Below are positions 39,372-50,510 of a stretch of DNA of 64,000 nt, one piece after another. The stretch is from contig CAXTTK010000013.1 in assembly GCA_964247245.1 (NCBI GenBank), positions 17,905-81,904 of the forward strand, read 5' to 3'. The DNA comes from an uncultured Aestuariivirga sp. Its GTDB lineage: Bacteria; Pseudomonadota; Alphaproteobacteria; Rhizobiales; Aestuariivirgaceae. Below the pieces are notes generated by a model, which worked only from the letters and a program-made list of their open reading frames with translations, was not told the DNA's origin and made no database searches. Position 1 is the stretch's first letter; each line of letters starts with the position of its first letter. The position numbers and the translations under genes were made by a program.

Positions 39372-39845
39372 CTACCCCAGCAACACATCCTTTGCCTGAT
39401 TGATTTTCGCCGCTAAATAATCGGTGCCGCCCTTATCGGGATGGAAATCTTTCATCAGGCGTTTATGTGCCGCTTTGATGTCGTCTTCACTGGCACCGGG
39501 CTTCAAGCCCAACAGATCATAAGCTTCATTTTTCGAAAATGGTGCCAAAGGTTTTCGAGGTTTGGAATTTTCAGGGCCGTTCTGTTCGGGCGTTTTGGTA
39601 TTGCCCAGATTGAACCCGTTAGGAAATAATGACGACTTGCCATAAAGGCCCGCACCAATTGCAAACAGTGTGGTCGCAATTGTGGTTTGGCCGCGCAAAA
39701 ACAAAAGCCCCGCGGCAGCAATCGCCCCGCCACCCGCCAATTTTTGGGCAAAGTTAGACAAATCCTTTGGGTTCATCCGCGCCGATTTGCGGATCAACCA
39801 CAACCCGCCAACCACAATGATCAGGGCAATGAGAAATGGCGGCAT
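39372..39845 (-). CDS. Membrane-anchored J-domain protein
   Basis: Two or three TM segments followed by a C-terminal J domain with HPD (AHKRLMKDFHPDKGG). Confidence 0.7.
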   Translation of the reverse strand: MPPFLIALIIVVGGLWLIRKSARMNPKDLSNFAQKLAGGGAIAAAGLLFLRGQTTIATTLFAIGAGLYGKSSLFPNGFNLGNTKTPEQNGPENSKPRKPLAPFSKNEAYDLLGLKPGASEDDIKAAHKRLMKDFHPDKGGTDYLAAKINQAKDVLLG

Positions 39846-39848
39846 AAA

Positions 39849-40676
39849 TTAGTTAGCCGGTTTGGCGTCGCAAGCATCCATCTTCAACATATCGAGCTTG
39901 GCTAATTTGCCTTTCAGCGCATAGGTGCCATAGTCCAAAACCAGATCCGTCGAAACGCCGTTTTCATACATATTGAAACTTGCCTGATAGACGGGCTTTT
40001 CGACACTCTGGTCGTCAGTCGGAAAATAGCTGATCGTGATCGGCCAAGACGATAAGGCCTTCAATGGCGAAGCTTCAACATTGTCCTTATCAGGAGCAAA
40101 TGTTCCAGGTGCGCGCATTTTTCCGATAAAGCTTATGGCCTTATAAGTCTTCTCGCCATCCGAGCCGTCATAGACAATCGATGCATCATGAGTGATGCCC
40201 TTCTTTGCAGCATCAAGTAAATGCACCTGATGTGTGGAGGGAAATAACGCTTCCGACGGAACCGTAAAATCCAGCTCCTTCGGAGCGGTCATCTGCCCCT
40301 TGGCTTCCAAATTCGCCTTCTCACGCTTAACTTTTAGTTTTTCTTCCGAATCCAGATTGCCACCCACAAATTGCTTCTGGCTCAAATTCATTTCCAACCC
40401 ATCACCAGATTCCCAAGTGGTAAGCTGCGTATCTAAAACCTGCGTACCTTTTTCAGGCTGAACGTAACGATTGGCAATTCGGTAAGTCACCGCCCAGCCG
40501 TCGCAGGCTGTTCCCGTCAGCTCATAAGCCAAGCGCCCTTCGACTGAGCTATACCCGCTGCCGCTATCCAACCTTGACGTTGAAAGATCATAGATCGCCC
40601 GGTGCGAAGCCAGCGTTGCCGCCTGCGCCGAAACCGTCATCAACACCAAAGCCAAACCCGATTTAAAAAGACGCAT
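39849..40676 (-). CDS. Periplasmic DUF1849 (EipB-like) family protein
   Basis: Signal peptide MRLFKSGLALVLMTVSAQA. Beta-rich 275-aa protein whose N-terminal HRAIYDLS motif resembles DUF1849. Family assignment is from memory only. Confidence 0.5.
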   Translation of the reverse strand: MRLFKSGLALVLMTVSAQAATLASHRAIYDLSTSRLDSGSGYSSVEGRLAYELTGTACDGWAVTYRIANRYVQPEKGTQVLDTQLTTWESGDGLEMNLSQKQFVGGNLDSEEKLKVKREKANLEAKGQMTAPKELDFTVPSEALFPSTHQVHLLDAAKKGITHDASIVYDGSDGEKTYKAISFIGKMRAPGTFAPDKDNVEASPLKALSSWPITISYFPTDDQSVEKPVYQASFNMYENGVSTDLVLDYGTYALKGKLAKLDMLKMDACDAKPAN

Positions 40677-40774
40677 GTTTCATTAATCCCGTGACAAGCC
40701 GAATGGACGGCGTTTAAACTCCACACTAACATAAACTATGGCGAAACAACGTCTAAATAAGGTTTAACGAAATC

Positions 40775-41239
40775 ATGAACAGCATTGATGAAAAACTGAA
40801 AACGCTTGGAATCGTTTTGCCGATACCGATGAGGCCAGTTGGAAACTATGTTCCCTGGGTCAAGTCCGGCAATATGGTCTATATTTCAGGCCAAGGTGCA
40901 GTTGTCGAAGGCAAAGTGCAATACCCCGGCAAACTTGGAGATACTGTCTCGCTTGAAGAGGGCACACAATCGGCAAGGCTTACAGGCATCAATGTGCTGG
41001 CACAACTCCGAGAGGCCGCCGACGGTGATCTGAGCAAAGTAAAACGCATCGTGAAGCTCGTCGGTTTCGTGGCCTGCACGCCAGAATTTACTGACCAACC
41101 CAAAGTTATCAACGGCGCTTCCGATTTGATGGCCGAAGTGTTTGGTGAAAAAGGCCGCCATGCCAGATCAGCTGTGGGCGTTATAGCGCTGCCCATGAAT
41201 CTTTCAGTCGAAATCGAAGCCATCGTCGAACTGGAATAA
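40775..41239 (+). CDS. RidA/YjgF-family protein
   Basis: 154 aa with C-terminal motif ARSAVGV..LP....VEIEAIVE. Confidence 0.8.
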   Translation: MNSIDEKLKTLGIVLPIPMRPVGNYVPWVKSGNMVYISGQGAVVEGKVQYPGKLGDTVSLEEGTQSARLTGINVLAQLREAADGDLSKVKRIVKLVGFVACTPEFTDQPKVINGASDLMAEVFGEKGRHARSAVGVIALPMNLSVEIEAIVELE

Positions 41240-41242
41240 GCA

Positions 41243-42004
41243 ATGCGCTTTTCACCGCAAATGCGCGATTTGAAATGGCTCGTCGCCAAACCAATCGCTC
41301 ACCGGGGCCTTCATAACGAATCCAAAGCTATCGTTGAAAATTGCGAGAGCGCTTTTGCCGCCGCCATCAAACACGGCTATGCCATTGAATGCGATATTGA
41401 GCTCACAAAAGATGGCGAAGCCGTAGTATTTCATGATGACGAGATTGACCGATTGATGGACGGCAAAGGCGCGGTCAAATCCTTCACCACCAAAGAGCTT
41501 AAAAAGAAGAAATATCGGCAGGGCAAAGATCAAATCCAAACCCTGGGTGAACTGCTCGACCAAGTTAACGGCCGCACCACATTAGTAATCGAAATCAAAT
41601 CGCTCTGGGACGAGGATATGACCCTCACACAGCGTGCGCTCGATGTGCTGGCTGATTACGACGGCCCATATGCGCTTATGTCTTTCGATCCCCACATCAT
41701 AGCTTGCGTGGCCGAGCGCTCACCCGTAACTGTGCGCGGCATAACGGCAGACCGCGTGACCGATCCCTACTACAACATGTTGTCGCTTGCACGCCGCCTC
41801 GAAATGCAAAGCTTCTCCCATTTGCCGCGCAGCAAGCCGCATTTCGTTTCATTCGATGCAAATGGTCTTCCTTTTGCCGCCGTGGGTGAAATCCGAGATC
41901 GCGGCCATCCCGTAATATGTTGGACCATCCGTTCACCGAAACAAGCTGCCCAAGCCCTGCGTTATGCAGATCAAATAACTTTCGAGAATTATCACCCGGC
42001 ATGA
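41243..42004 (+). CDS. Glycerophosphodiester phosphodiesterase family protein
   Basis: Motifs IAHRGL..ENCESAF, ECDIELTKDG and FHDD. Confidence 0.8.
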   Translation: MRFSPQMRDLKWLVAKPIAHRGLHNESKAIVENCESAFAAAIKHGYAIECDIELTKDGEAVVFHDDEIDRLMDGKGAVKSFTTKELKKKKYRQGKDQIQTLGELLDQVNGRTTLVIEIKSLWDEDMTLTQRALDVLADYDGPYALMSFDPHIIACVAERSPVTVRGITADRVTDPYYNMLSLARRLEMQSFSHLPRSKPHFVSFDANGLPFAAVGEIRDRGHPVICWTIRSPKQAAQALRYADQITFENYHPA

Positions 42005-43149
42005 CCGCCAAAATTTCCGCCATCAACTCCCTTAAAGACATCGCCGCTGACGATTGGGACGCCTGCGCTAAAATCGATGGCCTCGCGTTCAATCCCTTCA
42101 CATCGCACGCGTTCCTACTCGCGCTAGAGCTATCCGGCTCGGCCACCGCGAAAACCGGCTGGGCAGCGCAGCATTTGGTTTTTGAAGAAAATAACAAAAT
42201 TGTCGGCGTCGCCCCTTGCTATCTCAAATCACACTCGATGGGCGAATATGTTTTTGATCATGCGTGGGCTGATGCCTATACACGTGCTGGCGGGCACTAT
42301 TATCCGAAACTGCAAACCTCAATGCCATTCACGCCAGCCACAGGCCCGCGCTTACTTGCAAACACAGCCGAACGTCGCGCTGAATTGGCGCAAGGTTTGA
42401 TTGCCCTTTGCCAGCAATCCAAATCATCCTCGTCTCACATCACCTTCGCCACAAAACAAGAAGCCGAAGAACTGAGCGAACAAGGCTGGCTGCAACGCAA
42501 CGACATTCAATTTCATTGGCACAATCAAAGCTATTCAAACTTTGCTGATTTCCTCGCAGCGCTCTCGTCATCCAAACGCAAAAACATCCGCAAAGAACGC
42601 CAAGCCATTATTGATAACGGTATCAGTTTCGAACTCGTCACTGGCGGCGATTTGAAAGAAGTCCACTGGGATCATTTCTACAAATTCTATATGGATACTG
42701 GCAGCCGCAAATGGGGCCAGCCCTATCTCACCCGCAAATTCTTCAGCCTAATTAACGAAACGATGAAAGATCAAACGCTGCTGGTTTTGGCAAAGCGCGA
42801 AGGCAAAACCATCGCAGGCGCTTTGAACTTCATCGGTGGCGACACGCTCTATGGCCGCAATTGGGGCTGCCTCGAAAACCATCCCTTCCTGCATTTCGAA
42901 ACTTGCTACTATCAAGCTATGGATTTCGCCATCGCGCGCGGCCTCAAAACCGTCGAAGCAGGCGCCCAAGGCGAACATAAACTGGCGCGTGGCTACGTGC
43001 CCGAAAAAACCTACAGCCTCCATCACTTGGCCCATCCCGGCCTCTCCCGCGCCGTGGCCGATTACCTAGAGCACGAACGCGCCGCGATAGATGAAAATCA
43101 GCAAGAGCTTGGCGAACACACCCCGTTTCGGCATAGTGAGCAGGAATGA
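42001..43149 (+). CDS. DUF482/FemAB-like GNAT-fold protein
   Basis: Start trimmed to MTAKISAINS (ATGA overlap with the upstream gene); 382 aa. Confidence 0.65.
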   Translation: MTAKISAINSLKDIAADDWDACAKIDGLAFNPFTSHAFLLALELSGSATAKTGWAAQHLVFEENNKIVGVAPCYLKSHSMGEYVFDHAWADAYTRAGGHYYPKLQTSMPFTPATGPRLLANTAERRAELAQGLIALCQQSKSSSSHITFATKQEAEELSEQGWLQRNDIQFHWHNQSYSNFADFLAALSSSKRKNIRKERQAIIDNGISFELVTGGDLKEVHWDHFYKFYMDTGSRKWGQPYLTRKFFSLINETMKDQTLLVLAKREGKTIAGALNFIGGDTLYGRNWGCLENHPFLHFETCYYQAMDFAIARGLKTVEAGAQGEHKLARGYVPEKTYSLHHLAHPGLSRAVADYLEHERAAIDENQQELGEHTPFRHSEQE

Positions 43150-43580
43150 CGGAGCAACCAATGCAATACGACCCCAATAACATCTTCGCCAAAATCCTGC
43201 GAGGCGAAATCCCCTGTCACAAAATTTACGAAGACGAACACACCCTCGCCTTCATGGATGTGATGCCGCAAGTGGATGGCCACTGCCTCGTCATCCCCAA
43301 ACACCCATCGCGCAATTTGTTAGACGCTGATCCCACCACCCTCGCCCATCTCATGACGACAGTCCAAAAAGTCGCCACCGCCGCCAAGAAAGCATTCAAC
43401 GCCGATGGTATCCAAATTCGGCAGTACAATGAGGAAGCAGGCGGGCAAACTGTGTTCCATTTACACGTCCACATATTGCCTATGAGACTGGGAGTGCCCC
43501 TGAAACCCCATTCAGGGAAAATGGCAGACAACACATTGCTGGCCAAACACGCTGCCTCAATCCAATCCATGCTCAAATAA
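43146..43580 (+). CDS. HIT-family hydrolase
   Basis: Histidine triad HLHVHILP. Confidence 0.85.
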   Translation: MTEQPMQYDPNNIFAKILRGEIPCHKIYEDEHTLAFMDVMPQVDGHCLVIPKHPSRNLLDADPTTLAHLMTTVQKVATAAKKAFNADGIQIRQYNEEAGGQTVFHLHVHILPMRLGVPLKPHSGKMADNTLLAKHAASIQSMLK

Positions 43581-43627
43581 AAATGGCGGAGATCGCTCTC
43601 CGCCAATCATGATGGTGATGACGTAAA

Positions 43628-44095
43628 TCAGTTCATTGCAACCTTGGCAACATTCACGCCAAGCTCATAAACCAATTGCCCACCAAAATATGCGGTTGCC
43701 GCGACCAATGCACTGCCTGCCAAACCTGCCACCGGAAACGCGAAGGACGCAATGCCCTTGATGCGGAAATCTTTGAACCATAATCCGGCACGGAGCAGTG
43801 CGTAAACACCAGTCACAATCGCCAACATCTCGCCGAGGCTTTCATGAATCTCTGCGACATCGCTATGAAACCCGCCTGCTTCAGCAACATTGAGCGCCAT
43901 GCCTCCGAAGAAATAGGTGGCAATCGCAAACAGTCCCGTCAAAACCGCAAAGCTGGTTGAAATATGACCAGCCACAGTGCGTCCAGTAACACTGCGCCCA
44001 CGCAATGTTGCGACAACATCAAATGCCGTTAAAAAAAGAATAAGTACGATTGGAAAGTGCACCAGCATCGGGTGAATGTGTTGAACAGGTATCAT
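43628..44095 (-). CDS. DUF2231-like integral membrane protein
   Basis: 155 aa with four TM helices and an N-terminal HPMLVHFPI motif. Confidence 0.55.
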   Translation of the reverse strand: MIPVQHIHPMLVHFPIVLILFLTAFDVVATLRGRSVTGRTVAGHISTSFAVLTGLFAIATYFFGGMALNVAEAGGFHSDVAEIHESLGEMLAIVTGVYALLRAGLWFKDFRIKGIASFAFPVAGLAGSALVAATAYFGGQLVYELGVNVAKVAMN

Positions 44096-44218
44096 TTTAC
44101 GCTCCTAAAATTAGAGTTGGTGAACAGAATGATTCACCAACTTGGAGCGTGTGTTAGTTGCACTGCGATGACAGTTGCCTGACACTGATTGTCACAAAAT
44201 AGCCTTAATATTTAAGGG

Positions 44219-46609
44219 TTATTTCACTTTATCAGTTTTCTTCTTTGCAACTTTTTTAACCGCTACCCGAGAGCGCGGCAAAGACTTTCGCTCAACGGGT
44301 TTCGGCAAGGCCTTCTCATCATCGCGGCTGAGATAATCAAACGCCAAGCCATCATCCTTTTTCAGAATGCGAACTGTGCCGCCATCCTTCAGTTTGCCAA
44401 ACAGCAACTCTTCAGCCAGCGGCTTCTTGATGTGCTCTTGAATGACACGCGCCAATGGCCGCGCACCCATTTGCTGATCATAACCCTTCACCGCCAACCA
44501 ATCAGCAGCTTCGGCTGAAATCTCGATATTCACCTGACGCTCCGAAAGCTGAGCTTCAAGCTGCAGAATGAACTTCTCAACGACTTTGCGAACCACTTCG
44601 GCAGGCAAATGTCCAAAGCTTACAACAGCATCCAAGCGGTTACGGAACTCAGGGGTGAACATCTTGGTGATGGCTTCCGTGTCATCACCTTCGCGCACAT
44701 TCTTGGTGAAGCCGAAAGCAGCCCGCGCCATATCTTGGGCACCAGCGTTAGTCGTCATAATCAAGATCACATTGCGGAAATCAACCGATTTGCCATTGTT
44801 ATCCGTCAGCTTGCCATGATCCATCACCTGCAACAAAATGTTGAACAGATCAGGATGGGCCTTTTCAATTTCATCAAGCAGCAAAACACAATAAGGCGTT
44901 TGATCAACCGCATCGGTGAGCAAGCCACCTTGGTCAAAACCAACATAGCCCGGAGGTGCGCCGATGAGGCGCGATACAGAATGCCGCTCCATATATTCGC
45001 TCATGTCAAAGCGTGTCAGCTTAACGCCCAGCACTTCAGCCAAACGCTTAGCCACTTCGGTCTTGCCAACACCTGTAGGGCCAGAGAACAGATAACTGCC
45101 AATCGGCTTTTCTGGTTCGCGAAGTCCTGCCCGCGCAAGTTTAATCGCAGCCGCCAATTGCTCAATCGCCTTATCTTGACCAAACACCATACGCTTCAAT
45201 TCAGACTCAAGATTCTTGAGCAGCGTTGTGTCATCTCGCGAAACATTCTTCGCCGGAATGCGTGCCATGGTGGCAATCGTCGCTTCGATATCAGAAAGCT
45301 CAATCACCTTCTTACGCTGATCTTCGGCCACCAACATTTGTGAAGCACCTGTCTCGTCGATCACGTCAATGGCTTTATCCGGCAATTTGCGGTCGGCCAT
45401 ATAGCGTGCCGAAAGTTGCACTGAGCCCTCAATCGCTTCGTCTGTATAAGTGACTTTGTGAAATTCTTCGTAATAAGGCTTAAGGCCTTTCATGATGGCA
45501 ATTGCATCTGGAATCGATGGCTCGTTCACATCAATCTTCTGGAAGCGGCGAACCAGCGCCCTGTCCTTCTCAAAATGCTGACGATACTCCTTGTAAGTGG
45601 TTGAACCAATGCAACGAAGCTGCCCGCCAGCTAAAGCTGGTTTCAGCAAATTCGAGGCGTCCATCGAACCGCCAGAAGTAGCCCCAGCGCCAATCACTGT
45701 GTGAATTTCGTCGATAAACAAAATGGAGCCGGGTTTCTGCTCAATTTCCTTCATCACAGCCTTAAGCCGCTCTTCAAAGTCACCACGGTAGCGCGTGCCA
45801 GCCAGCAACGTGCCCATATCAAGCGCATAAATCGTGCAGTCCTTCAAAACCGCCGGTACTTCGCCTTTGATAATCTTACGGGCCAAACCCTCAGCAATAG
45901 CAGTCTTGCCCACACCAGGATCACCAACAAATAAAGGATTGTTCTTGGTGCGACGGCAGAGAATTTGAATGGTGCGGTCAACTTCTTTGCCGCGACCTAT
46001 CAGCGGGTCAATCTTGCCTTCGCCTGCTTTCTTGTTCAAATCAACGCAATAAGCTTCTAATGCGCTCTCGGTCTTTTTCTTATTGCCAGAATTCGGAGCG
46101 CCCTGCTCCTCACCAGCATGCTCACCGTCTTGATCAGCCCCACGCACAGCGCGGGTTTCAGAAAGGCCCGGCTTCTTGGCAATGCCATGCGAAATATAAT
46201 TCACCGCATCATAACGCGTCATATCCTGCTCTTGCAGGAAGAAGGCGGCATGGCTTTCACGCTCAGCAAATATCGCGACAAGCACATTAGCACCCGTCAC
46301 TTCTTCGCGGCCGGATGATTGCACATGGATTACTGCGCGTTGGATTACCCGCTGGAAACTGGCTGTGGGCTTGGCTTCGGTCACATTGTCGGTGACCAGA
46401 TTGGCCAGCTCGCTATCAATATAATCGCTCAAGCTTTCTTTCAACTCGTCGATGTTCACGCCACAAGCTTTCATCACGCCAATAGCGTCCTTGTCGTCAG
46501 TGAGTGACAACAGCAAATGTTCCAGCGTAGCCAGCTCCTGCTTACGGCTGGCAGCAAGCGCTAATGCGCGATGTAATGCTTTTTCAAGACTGCGAGAAAA
46601 TGTTGGCAT
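44219..46609 (-). CDS. clpA: ATP-dependent Clp protease ATP-binding subunit ClpA
   Basis: 796 aa with two AAA+ modules ([16 protein letters not shown]) and a Clp N domain. Confidence 0.95.
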   Translation of the reverse strand: MPTFSRSLEKALHRALALAASRKQELATLEHLLLSLTDDKDAIGVMKACGVNIDELKESLSDYIDSELANLVTDNVTEAKPTASFQRVIQRAVIHVQSSGREEVTGANVLVAIFAERESHAAFFLQEQDMTRYDAVNYISHGIAKKPGLSETRAVRGADQDGEHAGEEQGAPNSGNKKKTESALEAYCVDLNKKAGEGKIDPLIGRGKEVDRTIQILCRRTKNNPLFVGDPGVGKTAIAEGLARKIIKGEVPAVLKDCTIYALDMGTLLAGTRYRGDFEERLKAVMKEIEQKPGSILFIDEIHTVIGAGATSGGSMDASNLLKPALAGGQLRCIGSTTYKEYRQHFEKDRALVRRFQKIDVNEPSIPDAIAIMKGLKPYYEEFHKVTYTDEAIEGSVQLSARYMADRKLPDKAIDVIDETGASQMLVAEDQRKKVIELSDIEATIATMARIPAKNVSRDDTTLLKNLESELKRMVFGQDKAIEQLAAAIKLARAGLREPEKPIGSYLFSGPTGVGKTEVAKRLAEVLGVKLTRFDMSEYMERHSVSRLIGAPPGYVGFDQGGLLTDAVDQTPYCVLLLDEIEKAHPDLFNILLQVMDHGKLTDNNGKSVDFRNVILIMTTNAGAQDMARAAFGFTKNVREGDDTEAITKMFTPEFRNRLDAVVSFGHLPAEVVRKVVEKFILQLEAQLSERQVNIEISAEAADWLAVKGYDQQMGARPLARVIQEHIKKPLAEELLFGKLKDGGTVRILKKDDGLAFDYLSRDDEKALPKPVERKSLPRSRVAVKKVAKKKTDKVK

Positions 46610-46719
46610 GATGACTTTCCTTCACGACAGGCAGATGGAAAACGCCAACTTGCCGGATATTCAATTGTTCCGTCTAATATAGGTCAGAAATTAGGCGCGG
46701 CTAGTCCCCTGCAGAATAA

Positions 46720-47046
46720 TTATTCTTTTTCTAATGTGCACTGCAGCGGATGACCATGTTCTCTCGCAAAATCCATAACCTGCGTCACTTTGGTTTCCGC
46801 CACTTCAAACGTATAAACCCCGCACACACCAACACCTTTTTGGTGAACATGAAGCATAATCGTATAAGCATCTTCACCAGACTTGTTAAAAAATAACTCA
46901 AGCACGTGTACCACAAATTCCATGGGCGTGAAATCATCGTTCAATAGCAACACTTTATAAAGTGCTGGCTTCTGGGTTTGTGGGCGTGTCTTAGTTATAA
47001 CACCCGTTTCGGTGTCATTGTCGGTTTTAACAGGAGCTTTGGTCAT
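46720..47046 (-). CDS. clpS: ClpS adaptor protein
   Basis: Start trimmed to MTKAPVKTD. Motif [17 protein letters not shown]. Confidence 0.9.
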   Translation of the reverse strand: MTKAPVKTDNDTETGVITKTRPQTQKPALYKVLLLNDDFTPMEFVVHVLELFFNKSGEDAYTIMLHVHQKGVGVCGVYTFEVAETKVTQVMDFAREHGHPLQCTLEKE

Positions 47047-47198
47047 TACGACAATATAAGCGATTTTTTGGAAATTGGGAGAGGTTACATCGATTTTTAA
47101 CCGCGTTTTCAATGACCAAAAGCCGCATGGCAGCGACTGTCATCAAAATAACAAGATTTTCCGTCTAGTTTAATCGATGGACGGAAGTTGTTTGCTAG

Positions 47199-47408
47199 TT
47201 GAGTAGGTGCGTGATGAAAACAGTTGAAGCGTCTGAAGTTGTTACAATGGTCAAAAAAGGCGCAAAAGTCTTTATTGGCCGCAATTTTTCCGGCCAACCC
47301 AAAATCAAGATTGTCCGTGGTCCATTCGGGTTGTTTGTTTCACGATTTAATATCGATGAACAGCAATGCGAAATTTTGAAAACAAAACTCAATCAGCAAC
47401 ACAATTAA
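47199..47408 (+). CDS. Small hypothetical ORF (doubtful)
   Basis: ORF only. Its 3' end overlaps the convergent parE stop. Confidence 0.2.
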   Translation: MSRCVMKTVEASEVVTMVKKGAKVFIGRNFSGQPKIKIVRGPFGLFVSRFNIDEQQCEILKTKLNQQHN

Positions 47409-49438
47409 ATATCCAAGCCCTCTTCGCTCACAAATTCGGCCCGCTCGCTGATAAAGTTAAAGCGTTCCTCCGGCTTATTTCCCATCAACTGTTCAACCAC
47501 CCGCGCTGTTGAAGCCTGCGCCGCGTCCGCCAAGGTAATGCGCAGCAACAGCCTTTTGGCCGGGTCCATTGTCGTTTCTTTCAGCTGGTGCGCCATCATT
47601 TCACCCAAACCTTTAAAACGCCCCACCTCAACCTTGCCGCGCCCGCCAAAATTGGCCAGCAATTCGTCTTTGTGTTCATCAGTCTGCGCATAAACCGTCT
47701 TGCCACCTTGCGTCAGCCGGTAGAGCGGTGGCACGGCAAGATAGAGATGCCCTTGATCAATTACCCTCGGCATCTGGCGGTAAAAGAACGTCATCAGCAA
47801 TGAAGCAATATGCGCGCCATCAACGTCAGCATCGGTCATGATGATGATCTTGTCATAGCGCAAATCTTCTTCACGATATGAAGCGCCCATGCCGCAACCC
47901 AGTGCTTGCACAAGATCACCAATCTGCTGATTGGCAGCCAGTTTATCTTTGCCGGCATTTGCCACATTTAAAATCTTACCGCGAAGTGGCAAAACAGCTT
48001 GGTTCACCCGGTTGCGGGCTTGCTTAGCTGAACCGCCAGCTGAGTCACCTTCAACGATAAACAGCTCTGAACCATCAGTGGCCGTCGCAGAACAATCAGC
48101 CAATTTTCCCGGCAAACGCAATTTCCGAACCGCCGTTTTGCGCCCAACTTCTTTTTCTTGGCGGCGGCGAAGTCGTTCCTCGGCGCGGTCAATAATCCAT
48201 TCCAGCAATTTATCTGCCTGCGCAGGATGGCCCGTCAGCCAATGATCGAAATGATCACGCACTGCGTTCTCAACAATGCGTGCCGCTTCCATCGTCGCAA
48301 GCTTGTCTTTAGTCTGGCCTTGAAATTCTGGTTCGCGAATGAACACCGACATCATGGCACCCGACTGCACCATCACATCATCCGCTGTGATCACCGAAGC
48401 ACGCTTATTATTCGCCATCTCGGCATATGTTTTAAGCGAGCGCGTTAAGGCGATGCGGAAGCCAGCCTCATGTGTCCCGCCTTCAGGTGTTGGAATGGTG
48501 TTGCAGTATGACGACATGAACCCATCTTCGCCACCAAACCACGCCACGGCCCATTCAACCGAACCATGGCCACCCTCTTTGACGACTTTACCAAAGAAGA
48601 TGTCATCTACAACCCGAGTCATGCCATCAAGGCGTTCTTCCAAATAATCTTTAAGGCCGCCAGGAAAATGAAACACAGCTTCCTCAGGGATCGATTTATC
48701 CTTCAAATGGATTGGTGCACATTTCCAACGGATTTCAACACCACCAAAAAGATACGACTTCGACCGCGCCATTTTATAAAGCCGCGCAGCAGAAAAAACT
48801 GTGTTACCTTTGCCAAAGATTTGATGGTCGGGCAAAAACTTCACCGTCGTTCCACGCCGCCCCGAAACCTTACCCAAGCTTTGCAAGCCGCCGTCGGGCT
48901 TTCCACGACGGAACTCTTGTCGGTAAAGCTGGCTGCCACGCGCCACTTCAACGATGCAATGCTCAGACAAAGCATTGACTACTGAAACACCCACACCATG
49001 CAAACCGCCAGAGGTTTCATAAACCTTGGAGTCAAACTTGCCGCCAGCATGCAGCGTGACCATGATCACTTCTAAAGCAGATTTATCTTTAAACTTGGGA
49101 TGTGGATCAATGGGAATACCGCGGCCATTATCAGTCACAGCCAAATAGCCATCGGCAAAATATTCAACTTCAATCCGACTGGCATGCCCCGCCACCGCTT
49201 CGTCCATCGAGTTATCAATAACTTCGGCAAACAAATGGTGAAGCGCTTTTTCGTCCGTGCCGCCAATATACATGCCAGGCCTGCGCCGGACGGGCTCCAA
49301 ACCTTCCAGCACCTCAATATCCGCAGCCGTATAGCTTTCCTCACCCTTTGATTTGGGCGGGAGTTTTGCTTCGGGCTTGGGCTTGGGCGCCGCGGGCATG
49401 CCGCCGAAAAGGTCTTCGTCTTTAGGTGTTTTAGCCAT
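47405..49438 (-). CDS. parE: DNA topoisomerase IV subunit B
   Basis: 677 aa with a GHKL ATPase domain and Toprim motif (EGDSAGGSAKQ). The size and N-terminal extension fit alphaproteobacterial ParE rather than GyrB. Confidence 0.85.
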   Translation of the reverse strand: MAKTPKDEDLFGGMPAAPKPKPEAKLPPKSKGEESYTAADIEVLEGLEPVRRRPGMYIGGTDEKALHHLFAEVIDNSMDEAVAGHASRIEVEYFADGYLAVTDNGRGIPIDPHPKFKDKSALEVIMVTLHAGGKFDSKVYETSGGLHGVGVSVVNALSEHCIVEVARGSQLYRQEFRRGKPDGGLQSLGKVSGRRGTTVKFLPDHQIFGKGNTVFSAARLYKMARSKSYLFGGVEIRWKCAPIHLKDKSIPEEAVFHFPGGLKDYLEERLDGMTRVVDDIFFGKVVKEGGHGSVEWAVAWFGGEDGFMSSYCNTIPTPEGGTHEAGFRIALTRSLKTYAEMANNKRASVITADDVMVQSGAMMSVFIREPEFQGQTKDKLATMEAARIVENAVRDHFDHWLTGHPAQADKLLEWIIDRAEERLRRRQEKEVGRKTAVRKLRLPGKLADCSATATDGSELFIVEGDSAGGSAKQARNRVNQAVLPLRGKILNVANAGKDKLAANQQIGDLVQALGCGMGASYREEDLRYDKIIIMTDADVDGAHIASLLMTFFYRQMPRVIDQGHLYLAVPPLYRLTQGGKTVYAQTDEHKDELLANFGGRGKVEVGRFKGLGEMMAHQLKETTMDPAKRLLLRITLADAAQASTARVVEQLMGNKPEERFNFISERAEFVSEEGLDI

Positions 49439-49653
49439 GGATACTCTACAGTTATCGAATCATTTTGGTTACTATGACCACCCTAGCGCCAAACCACAAA
49501 TGCTGCAGTGCACTGTGAACATTGTGGCTTTTCCTTGACAAGACTCACTTCTCGGAGTTTCCTCCGATTCAAATAAATTGCCTCAAGAGCAATAATCGTG
49601 GGGAGTGGCGTTTCGCCTTGGGGTAAAAAGGCGCCACCGGGTGGAGGAAATAA

Positions 49654-49944
49654 ATGGCTGACCTCAATCAGAGGATCGAGGCGCTGTATCAAAGTGACAA
49701 GCGCAACGCTTACATTTTGATCGCCTTGCTGTGGATCGTCGTCCTTTTCGTCGTCATCATGTCGTGGCCCTATATCCCAGACGGCGGTGTGCGCATTGCC
49801 TCACTGATCGGCGCTGCCGCAGTTCTCATTTTCAACACGGCAGCCGTGATGGCCATGTTGAAGCACTACGCCGAAGACAAGCACTTCATTTATGGCATGG
49901 ACATCAAGATGCTTGATGCCGCTAAAGACAATCAGGGAGCATAA
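49654..49944 (+). CDS. Small membrane protein (2 TM)
   Basis: 96 aa with GGAGG RBS. First gene of a tightly packed four-gene cluster. Confidence 0.45.
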   Translation: MADLNQRIEALYQSDKRNAYILIALLWIVVLFVVIMSWPYIPDGGVRIASLIGAAAVLIFNTAAVMAMLKHYAEDKHFIYGMDIKMLDAAKDNQGA

Positions 49945-49949
49945 GCAAA

Positions 49950-50327
49950 ATGGCAAAATACACACCTCCTGAACAACCCATCGTTTTGCAGCTGTTTGAT
50001 ATTGCATGCTTGGTTGCGGCAATTTTCTTGGCGCTCTGGTTCCCGCTTTATATGGGTTGGGCTGGTATTTCTAAAAATCTGGAAAAGCTCGATAACCCTA
50101 CGTGGGATGCATTGAAGCAAAACGCCACAATGTCAGCGCAATGGGAAAAGCTGGGCTTCACGCCAGAAACGGCTGGCGCCATCATTCAAAACAAATGGGT
50201 TTATTCAATTGACTGGACCCAACTTATTGTAATGACCATCGTGCTGCTCGGCTATTTCATATTCCTGTTCCGCGCATCGGACACAGAATATCGTGATGTC
50301 ATCGACGAAAAATTCAACGGCAAATAA
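49950..50327 (+). CDS. Small membrane protein (2 TM)
   Basis: 125 aa; starts 5 nt after the previous stop. Confidence 0.45.
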   Translation: MAKYTPPEQPIVLQLFDIACLVAAIFLALWFPLYMGWAGISKNLEKLDNPTWDALKQNATMSAQWEKLGFTPETAGAIIQNKWVYSIDWTQLIVMTIVLLGYFIFLFRASDTEYRDVIDEKFNGK

Positions 50328-50338
50328 GGAAAAAGATC

Positions 50339-50500
50339 ATGTGGGTTTATTTGACTTATTTATGTTGGGCTGTCTGCGTTGTTCTCGGCGGTTGGATGCT
50401 GTTTGATTGGTACAAGATCGACACAACCTATGCCGAAGACACACTAACATCTTCACGCGAAGGCGAAATTGAAGCCGTCTCCGAAAAGCACAAGGTTTGA
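50339..50500 (+). CDS. Very small membrane protein (53 aa, 1 TM)
   Basis: Hand-found ORF MWVYLTYLCWAVCVVLGGWMLFDWYKIDTTYAEDTLTSSREGEIEAVSEKHKV with an AAGGAAAAAG RBS. Confidence 0.35.
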   Translation: MWVYLTYLCWAVCVVLGGWMLFDWYKIDTTYAEDTLTSSREGEIEAVSEKHKV

Positions 50501-50510
50501 GGGCAAAATC

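Noticed and set aside
44609-45343. A 244-aa ORF antisense to clpA. Similar long antisense ORFs lie at 10286-10840 in pyrB, 37122-37721 in the carboxypeptidase gene, 41697-42197, and 53762-54247 in hss.
   Set aside because: Each lies entirely within a confidently identified gene on the opposite strand and has no recognisable motifs. These are typical shadow ORFs.
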